This document shows, piece after piece, positions 1 to 12,789 of a DNA stretch of 64,000 bases. Source of the DNA: Magallana gigas (taxonomy: Eukaryota); assembly GCF_963853765.1 (NCBI RefSeq), contig NC_088853.1, positions 28,892,001 through 28,956,000 on the forward strand, written 5' to 3'. The first letter of the stretch is position 1; the number at the start of each line of letters is the position of its first letter. The position numbers and the translations under genes are program-made. The notes beneath the pieces are model-generated. The model worked only from the letters and a program-made list of their open reading frames with translations. It was not told the origin of the DNA and searched no databases.

Positions 1-1254
1 AGCAGATTTCATTCAGCCAACTGATTTTGTCTTCATCAGTCTTCTCTTGAAAATCACTTGGTAACAATTGATCTTCATCCTCTACATTCATTTCCTGCAT
101 GAACAAGGAGCAACATATTGCATCAAATACTACATAATAGAGTAGTTTGTGCGCACGGAATGAATTTTTCACTTTTCCTTTTACATTCTTTGCGTTCAAC
201 AGGATTTTAAAATAGTACATAGTTCCTCTTTCTGCTGACGATTCCTGCTTAAACGTTGACTTGCAAATAGCCTAAAAAGAAAAGAATTTTATATAGTTTA
301 CTGCAATTAAAGCTGTCTTACTCAGGTCATGTACATAAAATAAATGAGAGCAAGAGATATTTTAGGGGCATAATCATAATAAAATTATTTAAGCATTATT
401 ATTAATTACAGGTATGATTTCACACAAGAAATAAATGCAATCTGTTTTTATTGAGGTCAATTTGACTTTAAAAAATTTCACAGGAAATCAGCATGATAAA
501 AAATGACAATCGTATTTCAAAACAATTCAAATTCCCATAAACGTACCTCAAGAAAATTCATCATGCGATGCCAATCCTCAATCTTTGATATAAAACCTTG
601 TAGTTTTCCCTTGGAAGTTTCTGCATTTTCCATTGCTCGTTGCGCCCCTTGAACACGCTCATCTGTTAACCTGTCTCCTAGAAATTATAAGTCAATAGAA
701 ACTTATACATGTATAGGTCACACTGCGTTTTTCTCAAGATATGTAAATTGCATTGAAAATTTTACTACACAAACCTCCAAAGAAGACTTCATCAATTACT
801 TCATCACCATCAAGGGGTACATATTTCTCTGTCAAAAACTTCAACAGCTTGATCACCTCTTGATTCTTTGTCTCATTGCAGTCAAAAAGACCCAAAGACA
901 TTAACATTATATGTTAAATGTGCATACTGAATATGAGAAGGCTTTAATTATGTTTGACTATATTTTAAATTACTGGTACCCAGTTTTGTGTTATAAGAAG
1001 TTTTCAAATATTTAAACATCACTGAAATTACCTTAGACATTTTAGAGTGGAAAATTCTATTTGACCTCAACTAACAGAGTACACTTAATCTGAAAGATTC
1101 ATATAATTTTTATACTCTCTTACCTGTTGAGTTTTCATGCCAACTTTATCGCTGTGATCATGCTGCAAATGCATGGGAAATAGGTCAGCCATGGCTTTGT
1201 TGATCTGTTCTAAATTCAGGACAACTGATGTTGCAACCAGAAAAGTTAATTCCT

Positions 1255-1416
1255 GGATTAAGATTTCTTGTTCTTCCAGGGATGGTATGTAATCACTGAT
1301 AGAAAGTCTTTTTCCTGCTTCATGACTAGGTGTAGGATTAAGATTTCTTGTTCTTCCAGGGATGGTATGTAATCACTGATAGAAAGTCTTTTTCCTGCTT
1401 CATGTCTAGGTGTAGG
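1255..1416 (+). repeat. 80-bp tandem duplication inside a transposase exon
   Basis: The unit GGATTAAGATTTCTTG...CTAGGTGTA starts at 1255 and again at 1335. 80 is not a multiple of 3. Confidence 0.95.
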
Positions 1417-2712
1417 GATAATCAACAACTGCTATGATATGAAACAAATGCAGAGATAAGGTCTTACACTGACTGGTTCTATATGATGGCACAATGTTCT
1501 TATCCCAGTTATCTCCAATTAACTGATACTTCTGTTTATCTCCATTTGCCCATTTCTCTTTCAAACTCAGTATCTCGCTATCAAGGTGTTCTTCCCACGA
1601 CGAAAGTTTGTTCTGGATGGAGCGTGGTGATGTACAGATACCTATCCTGGACAGTCTCTCAATATCCTACAATCATTATAGTTAACGTTTAATTACTCAT
1701 ATAACATTTTTAAAATCTGATAGTTAGCCTTAGATAAACTTTTGTGGTTTTGTCACTCTCTTAATTAGACATGTAGCTGATTGTTGGCATGGATGCACAT
1801 TATTATAGCATTATGCATAAAATGTACATATCAATATTTAATATAACACTTTGTTTGCTTTCAATCATGGCACTGGAAACATTACAAAGTAATCTAATGA
1901 TAAAATATGTACCCTGACTGTACATCCTCCATGTGCCAAAATCAGTCCTATCTGGTAATGTAGATTAGACATTTCTTGGAATCTGCCATGTACTCCTGAC
2001 GCAAAAGTATGAAGTATGCAGAGCTGTTTCTTTGGCGTGTGTGTAATTGTAGGGTTGCAAACCGTTGCCGAGATAATCTTCAAAGTGTTAGGAGCCTGAA
2101 TTTGAATTTCCTTGCGAAAGTCGTCCCACGTGAAGTCGAATAAACCTTTATAACTTGTATCTTGGAGAATACTACCAGTTCCTCTTTTGCACAGTCCTTC
2201 ACACTCTCTGTTGATTAGTTTTGATGCTACTGTTGCTATAGATGTTGGATCTGATTTGCATATGATTTCAAGAATACAGTTAATAACATTTTGATTTCTA
2301 TAAACTGCTCTACAGATTTGTTTCATGACATCATCTCTGACAAATGCTGATTTTTCTCCACTAGGGTAATGCACTGTCAACTACAATGACAAAAATTTAA
2401 ATTAAATCACAATTCTTTTATAAATCATGTTTTTTCTCTTTGTATATTTGATAAAGTATTAAAACAACATATTTTTAATTTCATTTGTATCTTTCAATAT
2501 GGTTTGTGGAAACAATATTTCACTGGACGCTCAAACAAGCAAACAACCCAGTTTCCTTAAACTTAAATTTCATAACAAAAAACTAAACACAAACATCACT
2601 TAAAAAGGCCATTAATATACACTATGTTCCTAGCAACTAAGTGATTGAAATTTAATATCAGGCGCGTAGGTGCTTTAACAAGTGTGTACACATCATTCAT
2701 AAAGAAAGGGGA

Positions 2713-2716
<4 letters not shown>

Positions 2717-2742
<26 letters not shown>
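2717..2742 (+). repeat. (AG)n microsatellite
   Basis: Direct reading. Confidence 0.95.
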
Positions 2743-2747
<5 letters not shown>

Positions 2748-5534
2748 TTTTATTTGGAGTAAAAAGAATTTACTATCCAGCACTACCTGTTTCAAATTGT
2801 TTTATGTCTTTAACATTGCTCATTTTAAATCTATAAGCAGCAAGTATGTGCAATCAAATTAAAAGTCTTTTATTGAATAATTGCCAAAAATTCTTCCAAA
2901 ATTTAAGAGAAAACATACTAGCCTAGATGTATAGTGCAGCAGTTAATTCGTGTTATACTGTTTATCCAGACCATAAATTTGATGAGTAAATGAGCTAAGG
3001 GTTGCAAAAATATCAAATATTCTATAGAACAATTTAATAAATTTTTTAAAAAAGTATTTTCTGACGATAAACCATTATAAACAATACTAGTATTTAAATG
3101 ACTCCTTTGTTGAGCCATCTCAAACTGGGAAACTTTTTTCAGTGCTACGCATTTGCTAGAGAAAAGGGATGAAGCATGATATCTTTTGCAGGATAATGAC
3201 TTAAAATTTTGGTAAACCCCCAGAATCCCCGGCCATTTCATGCGTACACTTCATTTCCATTTTGGCTATGCACCTGAATATCACAAACTTTTTAATAAAA
3301 TTGGCCTGCTTTCTTAAGATTCTGCTTGGTATATGTGCAGTTAATTCTATTCATACTTGTAAACTTCAGATCATAATAGCCCTTTTAAATACAAGATACC
3401 AGTCAAAGAAAGTTATTAACAAAACATAAAACAAAAACATAAAACATACATGTAACTGTACATATTCCGGTATATGCAAATGTAAAATTTGATTGATAAG
3501 TCATAACAGTTTCTCAATGGAAACAAAACCATATGCAGATCTAAATAGGAGCAACACAATTTAACTTTAATTCATATGTTTGTCATAAAATATCAATACT
3601 GCGTAAGGCAGAGAATGGTTGTAAAATTCACTATAAGTTATGAAGCCAATTCAGAGATAGATTGCCAAATGGTTAAATGCTACCATCATTTATAATCCTT
3701 AACAAACATTTAATCTCTTCTTACTACTAAATTTAAACTAAATCAAATTCAATGTAAAATCTGAAAATAACATTTGTTAACAAAAAACAAAAAACAAAAA
3801 TATGTAAACTGAACTCAAAACCAACTTTATGCAAATATTTGGCACCTTGACTTCGTCTACATATTCAGAAGTACTTATATCCTTGTTAGCATTTTCAATA
3901 ACTTTGCTAAAGCCAAGAGATCTTCTAGCAGTTTTGGTTTCTTGATCAGATGACCCTATAGTTGATACTATCCAACAAACACACATTATAAGTTATCCAA
4001 TAATGTGACTCTAAAGAACTTCCTTTTATATACACCTTGGGAATGTGCAGAATTGAGATATAAATTCATCTGAAAGTTTTATGTTTGTACAAGTACCTAA
4101 TACATACCAGCATTCAAGCTTTTGTCAGCTAACATCCCTGTGCAATGTGGGTCTTGAATCTAAAAAAATGAAAGAACATTGCTTGCATTTGTATCTAATA
4201 AACTTAAAGGCTTAATATATCTACCTTTTAGGATTAACTTAACTGCTATAAATAACTTATCCATCACTCATTTAGAGACATAAATTTCTTCTTTATTAAA
4301 GCATATTATATCTATTACTTGCAAAGCATTTTACCTGTACAATGCCCGGAAGTTCCCTCAGAGAGATGTATGGCGACTCTGAAAAGTTATTTTATATTTT
4401 TTTTAAAGTCATTCTACCATTTTTGAAACTTACGAGTATATCTTATCCAACGAAAGTGCATTTTTGTCTTTTAAAATTGTTTATGGAAGCTCACTACAAG
4501 ACTTTCACATCTCAATTCTTAAAATGGCAATGAAATGATCCGTTCAGAATCATCATGAAAATAATCTTTCAATGAAGATGACACTAATGCCAAATCAATT
4601 AAAAATGTAAATTTTTTTTACTCAATTACATTAATTTACATTTTACCTTTCCTGATCTGGAAAACAAAATAAAGAAATAAATTGCATTGTTATACCTTCA
4701 GGCTTTGGCAACAAGGGTATGTGTTGACATGTAGATAGATTGTGAATCTCATGGGTCGGTACAATCCCTTCACAAATATGAACTGACTTGGCTTCTGGTA
4801 CAGTTGCCTGTCAAAGTACATTGAATAATGTAAGAATTTGGTAAATGCACATTTCTCATGTTTATTTAAAGTATAAAATGCTTACAACTTCCTTAACCAG
4901 AAAATTCAATGCTTTACAAAACTTTTATTTAATGAATATATCTTAAATGGAACAAAATATGGAATTTACCAAGAGTATGATCAATCGCGTTTTCGTGAAT
5001 GACAGATTTTTTTTAACGAGTGATTGTTACCTGCGGGGATCTGAGTAGCCTTTTCTTCCTAGACCCAGGTGTCTTAGACATATTCCGTTTCATATTCTCT
5101 TCGAACTGAGATATTATAGCTAAAATCTCCTTCCGGTACTTAATTACTTTCTCAACTTTTGAGAAGCATTTCGTGCACACACCGTCAGTATTGTCGGGTA
5201 TTGTTGTCACTTGACTGATTGCAGCACGCTTCTCTTCGCTTAAACGGAGTTTTAATTTCGAAAACTTCTTAACAGTGGATTTGCCGTTCTCGTCAATTTC
5301 TTTTACTATAAAGGAAAATCCACATAGGCAGCATATGTTTGTGGAGCTGTATACCTTTCGCGGTGTCATGGACGCCGCCATCTTTGTTTATACGCAGCCG
5401 ACTGTCACACCGAACATTTCATAGGCGATACGCTGATTGGTTGGAGCAAAAGGTCACCAGAACGTGACCTGAACGGGGTTGCGTTAGATCCTTTCACGAG
5501 CGGTATCCATATATAACAGAGAGCGAGATGAAAG

Positions 5535-5554
5535 GTCTAATTTTAATTAGATTG
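5535..5554 (-). mobile_element. Candidate terminus of the Academ-like element (CAATCTAATTAAAATTAGAC hairpin)
   Basis: Short hairpin TCTAATT-AA-AATTAGA beginning with YR, about 150 bp upstream of the transposase ATG. It coincides with an abrupt change in sequence character. Confidence 0.4.
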
Positions 5555-5619
5555 AATACTTTGTAGATGTAAATATAAAACTATAACAGACTGCGCATCT
5601 ATTTATGTAGAGTAAAGTT

Positions 5620-6015
5620 TTGTGGGACTGTGTGATTTAATAGATTCTAGACTTGTGGGACTATAGTCTGGTTTTGTGGGACTTTTTGTTTACTGGTAAA
5701 TAGAATTTAGACTTGTGGGACTATGGTCAGGTTTTGTGTGACTATGTGATATAAAATCTAGACTTGCGGGACTTTGGTCAAGTCTTGTGGGACTTTGGTC
5801 AGGTTTTGTGGGACTATGTGATGTAATCTGGACTTGTCAGGTTTTGTGGGACTTTGTGATGTAGTCTGGACTTGTCAGGTTTTGTGGGACTTTGTGTTTA
5901 AATAGAATCTAGTTTTGTGGGACTATGGTCAGGTTTTATGGGACTACATGATGAAATCTAGACTTGTTAGGTTTTGTGGGACTATGGGATTTAATAGAGT
6001 CTAAACTTGTGGAAC
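5620..6015 (+). repeat. Dense cluster of TTGTGGGACT-containing degenerate repeats
   Basis: More than 12 same-strand copies of TTGTGGGACT(A/T) or close variants, spaced ~20-40 bp. Further scattered copies run to ~10240. Confidence 0.85.
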
Positions 6016-6043
6016 CAAGTGTATATACTCATGTGACTTCAAG

Positions 6044-6163
6044 ATGGAGGAAATTCCCATTGGATTTATTTTGTTTTATTCTCCTTATGACTACTCACAG
6101 GCATGCACCTTCTGCTCAGATTTTTTGTTTTGGAAATCTTTATACATGGATTTTGTTGTTTAA
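6044..6163 (+). CDS. Micro-ORF cassette 1 (39 aa MEEIPIGFILFYSPYDYSQACTFCSDF...), possibly truncated by an indel
   Basis: CATGTGAC at 6030, AAGATGG start, TAA at 6161, GTAAGT donor at 6260. Confidence 0.3.
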   Translation: MEEIPIGFILFYSPYDYSQACTFCSDFLFWKSLYMDFVV

Positions 6164-6702
6164 CTTTTTTTTCATTGCCTGAATTCCATGCGTGTCAGGC
6201 TTTTTGCAATATCTCAAATTTTCATGTTGAGAGGTTTACTCTTCTTTGAAGGACTTTAAGTAAGTAAAACCTTTGTTGTCTGTCCATGTTATTGTTTCTA
6301 CATAGATACATACCAGAGAAATAGTTAATGCATTTAAAAGATTGTAGAAGCAACTGTAGATTACTGTTGCTGAAAGTCCAAGCTAGCTTACTTTTTTCAA
6401 CATATCTTCATTTCATAGATATTTTAATTTGATATATGGGTAGATTAATTATTTGAAAGTTACTTTATACTTGTGGGGCTATGCCCAAGATTTTGATGAA
6501 AATGAAAATGTCTCGGTGAACTTGCAGGACTATGATCAATGTTTTGTGGGACTATTAGTCTTATAGTAGTAGATGCATCTCTTAACTGACTTATGGAACT
6601 TTGACCATTGGTTTTTAAACAATGAAATGTTAAATTCCAAAATTGAAGTGATGAACATCTAACAGGAAATTAACATTATAGAAATAACTGTAGGAATATA
6701 AG

Positions 6703-6894
6703 ATGAAGAAGAGGGAGATATTTTGTTGGGGTGTTCATGTAATTTTGAGTCTGCTGCTGAAAGGGCTGGCTTATTTTTTTAATACCTTTTCAGTTTATGG
6801 ACATATCAGTTTAAATCATCTTTTTACGATTTCTTTCATATTTGATTTAATATTTTGTTTTGTTGCTGCTGTGTATTTTTATTGTTGGCCATAG
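6703..6894 (+). CDS. Micro-ORF cassette 2 (63 aa, hydrophobic, possible membrane peptide)
   Basis: ORF track. Preceded by ACAGGAAAT and a ctgtag acceptor; GTAAGT donor at 6904. Confidence 0.3.
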   Translation: MKKREIFCWGVHVILSLLLKGLAYFFNTFSVYGHISLNHLFTISFIFDLIFCFVAAVYFYCWP

Positions 6895-8830
6895 AGAGTT
6901 ATGGTAAGTGAATATTTTAAGTACAATATCATAGGAAATGGTTTGTATCACTCTTCTTAAACAAACTTTGCATTGTTTGAAGTAGCTATAGGGATCGTAG
7001 AACTAACAACTCGATCAAATTAAATCAACTATCCTTTTTTGTCGTAAAGCCATGATTAAATCTTTTTATTACACAAAAAACAAAATTATATTTACAGTTG
7101 AATGATAAAATATGTTGTTTATCTTATTAAGGAATCAAAATTTACAAATGAATTTGACTGCAAAACATTAATTCTTTCAAATATTTTCTAAAGATACATT
7201 GACAAATTCGATTCTTAAGGGTACTCTGTACTTGTGAAACTATGGCTTAGTTTTGAGATATTACTAAAGGATTAACTGGACGTATATCTATATATATCTA
7301 TAGCTTATCTTAAGGATGACAGACCCAATTCACTTCTACAGTTATTAATGATTTTCATGAAAATTCTATATGAGTTAGAGTTACTAAATATATATTAAAA
7401 TCAATAAAAAATAACATAAAAATTGAATTAGATTTGTAGTAGGGATTATTTCAAAAAATGTTTGTATTACATCAGGTTCTCTTTCAATTGAACCTAATGG
7501 GGAAAAGGATTCTTGTGAGGGAAAAATTAATTTTTAAAAAATTCTGCAATTAATTATCTATCCAAATCAAAGTATGACACTTATATGATGATTTTGAATT
7601 AATACCATTTTAAAAAGGACCATGTCATTCACCTCGTTTTTACGGGGGCACATGCCGAAGTTTGGTGTGTCATCATTTTTCTTCAATTTTTTATGAGAAG
7701 TACTGCGCAAACATTAAGGAAAAGTTTATGTACATTATTTTGAGGTTGATTTATATAAAAAAAAAACCAAATATCAGAGTGTGCTAAACGTTTGTGTATG
7801 ATAAAATACTTCAGAACTTAAGCACAGGGGCAGTTTTCCTATATTTTCAATACGAGTATTGAAGCGAATAGAAATGTATATGATTAATGTTCCCTGGCTC
7901 AAACTCTGTTAAAAAAAAGCTTTGTAGGTGTTTATAATTAACTTGAGCTAATATAAAACTCCCTACAGTTTTTGACATCCCCTAAACAAATAATGTTGAA
8001 AAGTGTATTTTAGCATATTGCTTAATCATAGCAAGGTCAGCCACAACTTGCACTATATAAAGTGTGTATTGATGAAGTTGAACAGCTATATCTTGCATCA
8101 TAAGCGATTTTCCATTGAGTTTTAGTGATTGTGACGTAATATTGAGAATTCAATGTTCATAACAATCAATCTTTTAAGGTGCGCGATATTGTGCAAATGG
8201 AATATTAAATTGGGTCCGTCGTCCATAAATATATATGTATTCCTGAGGTTATGTATCCAAAAAAAAATTATGGCCTCTCAACTTGAGGGACTTTGCTAAG
8301 TTTTGCAGGAGAGTTGCCTCTACTTGGTCAAGTCTTGTGAAACTACAGAAAGATAAGAATCTATTTAAACTTGTTAGGATATGGCCTAAGTCTTGTGGGA
8401 CTACAGAGAGGTGACTACAGAGAGGTGTTTATGTTATGTTTAGTGGGAAATCCTACTTTGTAATTAATCACAAGATTAATTAATTCTAGAGACTCTTACC
8501 ACTGTGCCACATGGGCAACCACTTTAAACAATAATATGACTGCTATGTGACTATATTGATGTCCAACAATATATTGATAACTGTTATGCAATTTTAATTC
8601 AATGTTAGGGAATTAAAAGAAAAGGATTACGGGTAATTTGAAAAGTTGGGAGCAAAAAACAACTGGTAAAAAATAGAAATTTCAAGCAAAAAATTTTCGG
8701 AAACATTCATGTCCATTTGGGACTTTTTGGTCATGTGACTTACATGTAACAGTACTTTTGGACTCTGAACATAGCAAATTCCAGAGCAGTGGTTTTTTTT
8801 AACACAGTTTGTTGTAGGGATTTTACTAAT

Positions 8831-9067
8831 ATGGAAAATGGAATGAAATTGCAAGTTAAGCTTAGAAGTGATCATGATTACATACTTGTGTTATCATATG
8901 TACTTTATAATAACTGCAATTGTGTGCTTACTGTGAAAGATGAGCCTGATCAGCAAACTTTTAAAATGGTGTGGAGTTGTGTCTTGGAATTTGAATCTTA
9001 TTTTGAATTCATGGATGTAACTCATTATTGTAATCTGATGGGAATATCCTTTTTAATGTGCAATTAA
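8831..9067 (+). CDS. Micro-ORF cassette 3 (78 aa MENGMKLQVKLRSDHDY...CNLMGISFLMCN)
   Basis: CATGTGAC near 8732, ttgtag acceptor, open frame, AAG|GTATGT donor at 9079. Confidence 0.4.
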   Translation: MENGMKLQVKLRSDHDYILVLSYVLYNNCNCVLTVKDEPDQQTFKMVWSCVLEFESYFEFMDVTHYCNLMGISFLMCN

Positions 9068-9286
9068 GTGATTTCAAGGTATGTGTCTATAAACAGAATA
9101 GACATGTATTTTATTTGCTTAATTAATTCTATAAGATTTAGTATAAGCAAAAATTTTTGTGATATAGGGCCTATGTGTACTTTGTTCTTCTGGGACTTTT
9201 GCTTCTGTATCTTGGACATAACAAAGGTTAAGATAGGAAGTTATAGTAGACATGTGACAGGAAATGGATTTGTGATAGAATCTAAA

Positions 9287-9412
9287 ATGGCTGATTTGCT
9301 AGCAGCTCTCCTTGGTGTTATGACTGTCTCTGCTGTTTTTTTGCTATTTATATCCATTGCTCTCTTTTATTGTTGTATTCGGTGGACAAGGATGGCAACT
9401 CCAGGGAATTAA
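9287..9412 (+). CDS. Micro-ORF cassette 4 (41-aa single-TM peptide MADLLAALLGVMTVSAVFLLFISIALFYCCIRWTRMATPGN)
   Basis: CATGTGACAGGAAAT at 9251, AAAATGGC start, TAA, AAG|GTATGC donor at 9433. Paralog at 10026. Confidence 0.45.
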   Translation: MADLLAALLGVMTVSAVFLLFISIALFYCCIRWTRMATPGN

Positions 9413-10025
9413 GCAATCTTGATTTCATCAAGGTATGCCAATGGTTAAAATTACAGCTCTTGACAACCTTAAACTATAGTGTTAAATTACCATGGGACTT
9501 TGTGAATATTTTTTAATCAACCATTTTCAAAAATGAATGGATGGCAGATATTTCATAGATATAGCATTTTTTCTTAACCAATTTAAATAAAAAAAACACC
9601 CAGTTTCTTAATGTATATGACTTATATAATTCCTGTATAGTATTATGGGACTTTGGCTATCTTTTGTGAAACTTAATTTAGAAATATACAAATCCTTTCT
9701 AGGCTTATGGGACTATAAGCATGTTAAGTAAGACTTTAAATTGGATATATTTAAGTCATATCTAAACTTGTGGGACTATTTACAAGTTTTATCTGATTAG
9801 TTGTATTTTTAACAGCTAGCATTGGACATGTACATAAATTGTATTTTTATTGGAATTGGCCATAAAGTTATTCCAGTGGGATCTATTCTTTGTAAAGGAT
9901 TATAATATATAACCATTTTAAGAGTTTTATCAAGACTATTTGACAATTTTTAAAGGTTATAATAAGAAGGGAAAGAAGACATGTGACAGGAAGTGAATTT
10001 GTGATAGGAAATTTAAGAATCCAAA

Positions 10026-10158
10026 ATGGCTGAGGAGGATTTGCTAGCAGCCCTCCTTGGTATTATGACTGTCTCTACTGTTTTTTTACATTTTTATTTT
10101 CACTGTCCTTTTCTATATTTGTGTTTGGTGGACAAGACTGCCATCTCTAGGGATTTAA
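10026..10158 (+). pseudogene. Micro-ORF cassette 5, frameshifted paralog of cassette 4 (MAEEDLLAALLGIMTVSTVF...)
   Basis: Clear nucleotide similarity to 9250-9480, including the CATGTGACAGGAAG motif (9980) and the donor (10179). There is an indel in the T-rich segment. Confidence 0.55.
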
Positions 10159-10949
10159 GCAATTTTGAATTTATCAAGGTATGCCAACGGCTCTTATAGA
10201 TAACCTTACAATGTTAAATTTCCATGTACTTGTGGGACTTCAAAATCTTTGTAAATTAGTCTTTAAAAAAAAAAATGGATGACAGAAGTTTCAAAAAGAT
10301 AACATATTTTTATGACCAATTTAAAATTTTGCAAAATGCGATATATTTCAAATTTATGTGATTTTGTTTGAGAGTAGTTTGATTTTACAATTAAGATCAG
10401 TTCAAATTTAGGATTTTCCATTTTTTTTTGGTTAGCTTTACTATTTTGTTTCAATTTCTTGTTGAAATATGATTGTATAGCAATTGTTTAATGTGAGTGA
10501 CAGTTGATTTGCAGTTTTTATACACATCTGATGTCATACTAAAATTTCATAGAATTAATCCAAGATGGTAATGAATCATTCCTGCCTCAGGCTACCTGGT
10601 TCTTACAAATAGCTGTAAATAGCTGATGTCATATTCTGCCAGTAAGTGCAAATAAATCAAATAAATAGGTTAAAAATATATTTTGTAACATTAATCTTCT
10701 TAAAATAACATAACAATTTATTGTATCTGAAACAATTTTAAAGAAGGTAAATTATCATTTATGGGGGCCAAATGTGACTCGTACCATATATAGTTCTTTA
10801 TGGCTAAATACAAGATTTTTGGGTATCTTAGTAAATGTACTTGTTTATCTTCCAAAAAAGTGTTATACTATTTTTCTGTAGAAAAGTTTTGAATCAGATG
10901 ATACAAAAATTAATTTAATAGATAACTTATTTTGTCATCTTTATTGCAG

Positions 10950-12567
10950 ATGATGAACTTGTCAGATTCACAGCTGCAGTAGGCATGTGTCGATTTAGCT
11001 CACACAAAAGCACTTCATTTAAACCACTATCGACAACTCAGCGGTTACCTTGAACGAGTTCAGATTGCAAAGCTCATGATTGTTCAAGCATGAATCTTAC
11101 AAGTGAATTAAAAGGGAAAACCCTTGCAGACAAAGAATTCAATGGTAAGGTCCAGTCACCTAGTACATATTTACCGATTAGTGTTTAATGCCAAAAAATG
11201 AAGATAACAAATAGTGTTTAATCTCAAAAAACATATGTGAACAGGGCATAAAAACACAGACTCCTGGAATTTTGAGAGATCGGATTTGGTTTCTAGGAAG
11301 GTTAGGTACCCTCTTTTTACTGGTCTCACTGTCCATGGGCCTTGTGTACTAATCAGATTGATGGAACAATCCATAATCAAATTCAGTCTAACAATTGGTA
11401 TCAAGCTTATTATCCAACAGACAAACCTCTTAATTGATTATAAGGTCATTATAACAACCTTAAAGTTTATGAAATGCTAACTTTAAATGTGGTATTGAAA
11501 TCTGTGTAGCATCAAAATATTTGTTTGTAGCTTTCTTTGGTTAAAAACTGATTGTTTCGGGAGCATGAAATAAGTTGGGAGATGTGACATGCCAATGATA
11601 ATGGAATATTTATTCATGTACCCGGTACATAAATATAAGAAAAATTGACACAAAAGTTAAAATCATCTTGTTTAGTAGTTAGTTTGCATAATCTCTAAAA
11701 GAATATAACTTTATATGTATCTTTTACGTATCTTGATACATGTGCAAAATAAGTATTTTGAAGAAGTAATGAAATAATGTGATATAAATAATAATTGCAT
11801 ACTCTCTAGCTTCTTTAACCCTTTTATGAACTTGCACATACTGGTTGCAGTCCATTCAAATCACTATAAATGCAACATGTTCTGCTATAAATGCAGTTCA
11901 ATTCTTACACTCACTCAGATCAAGTGTTTCAAACAACAGGCCCATATATAAATATATATGTATGTTAAAATTTGTGCGATAGAACAAATTCTTTAACATT
12001 GCTGATCATGAGCATCAAATTTTTTAATTTTTTCATTAAACAAAATCCCTTTAAGTTGTGACATACATCTATATCAGAAAAGGATTTTGCAAAGTCTTAA
12101 CATTGAGTCTATCAAAATTAACTGCAATGAAATTTTACTCTAAAATTCTAGGAATTAGAAATTCAATTTGACATCTATGAATTCATATTGTAGAGGCCGT
12201 GTTAAAGGAAATTCAGGGGGAAATTGGAGGTGCAGACGAAGCAGTGGAGCCCCTGAATTTTAAATTCAACTTCGATGATAATGTCGAAGATCTGGATTCA
12301 ATCGACATTTATGATTATGATCAGGATGATGTTGATAGTGTTGAAAAAAATGATCGCAAGCCGAAGAGCAGTAGAAAAAGGTGGACTGAAGAGGAGATTG
12401 AAGAAATTCAACAGTATTTTGCAAAATTTCTAAAGACAAAAACATGCCCCAGCAAGACAAACACACTAAAAGCCATTGAGAAAAGTAACACAAAAAGGGG
12501 GGGGGGGGGGGCACTCGCCAAAAGATTTTGGCATACTATTGTCAAAAAAAATTCTAACATGAAATAA
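10950..12567 (+). pseudogene. Two C-terminal exons of a tyrosine-recombinase-like protein (family of invertebrate/fish SET-associated YR proteins)
   Basis: Exon 10950-11144 gives MMNLSDSQLQ*ACVDLAHTKALHLNHYRQLSGYLERVQIAKLMIVQ/MNLTSELKGKTLAD, a degenerate LGH..VH..HY box with the catalytic Tyr. Exon 12194-12567 gives an acidic linker plus RKRWTEEEIEEIQQYF..CPSK..AKRFWHTIV. Confidence 0.6.
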
Positions 12568-12789
12568 AAGTAACTGAGTGAAGTTTTCCAGAGATACTGC
12601 AGTGAAAACAGGAAGTGGAAGATACTTTTAACTATGCATAATATTGTGAACAAAGTTATTGTTTTACAACATTTAAAATTCTTTTTACCTGAATGTAGTC
12701 CAAAGGATTTAGTGAATGCAAGAAATTGTAAACTTCAACATTTTGTACTGTGAAAATATATTTTATTTAAGTTACTACCGGTCCAAATA

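Larger units (their letters stand above)
1..5381 (-). pseudogene. Multi-exon DUF6589-like transposase (probably Academ/AcademH-type) with an N-terminal CxxC...CxxC zinc finger; frameshifted
   Basis: Minus-strand exons read by eye. 5013-5381 gives MAASMTP..CCLCGF..CTKC. ~1910-2380 gives LFDFTWDDFRKEIQIQAP..LHYQIGLILAHGGC. ~1124-1700 gives YQLIGDNWDKNI..SLHLFHIIAVVD. 547-677 gives GDRLTDERVQGAQRAM..KIEDWHRMMNFLE. 1-271 gives AICKSTFKQESSAERGTMYYFK. These match DUF6589 hallmark motifs (GDN.D; GD.LT..R...A; WH). The gene runs off the left edge. Confidence 0.7.

Noticed and set aside
5620-10240. TGTGGGAC as CSL/Su(H) or ZNF143/Ronin sites
   Set aside because: It does not match GTGGGAA or ACTACAnnTCCCA exactly, so it is left as an unassigned repeat.
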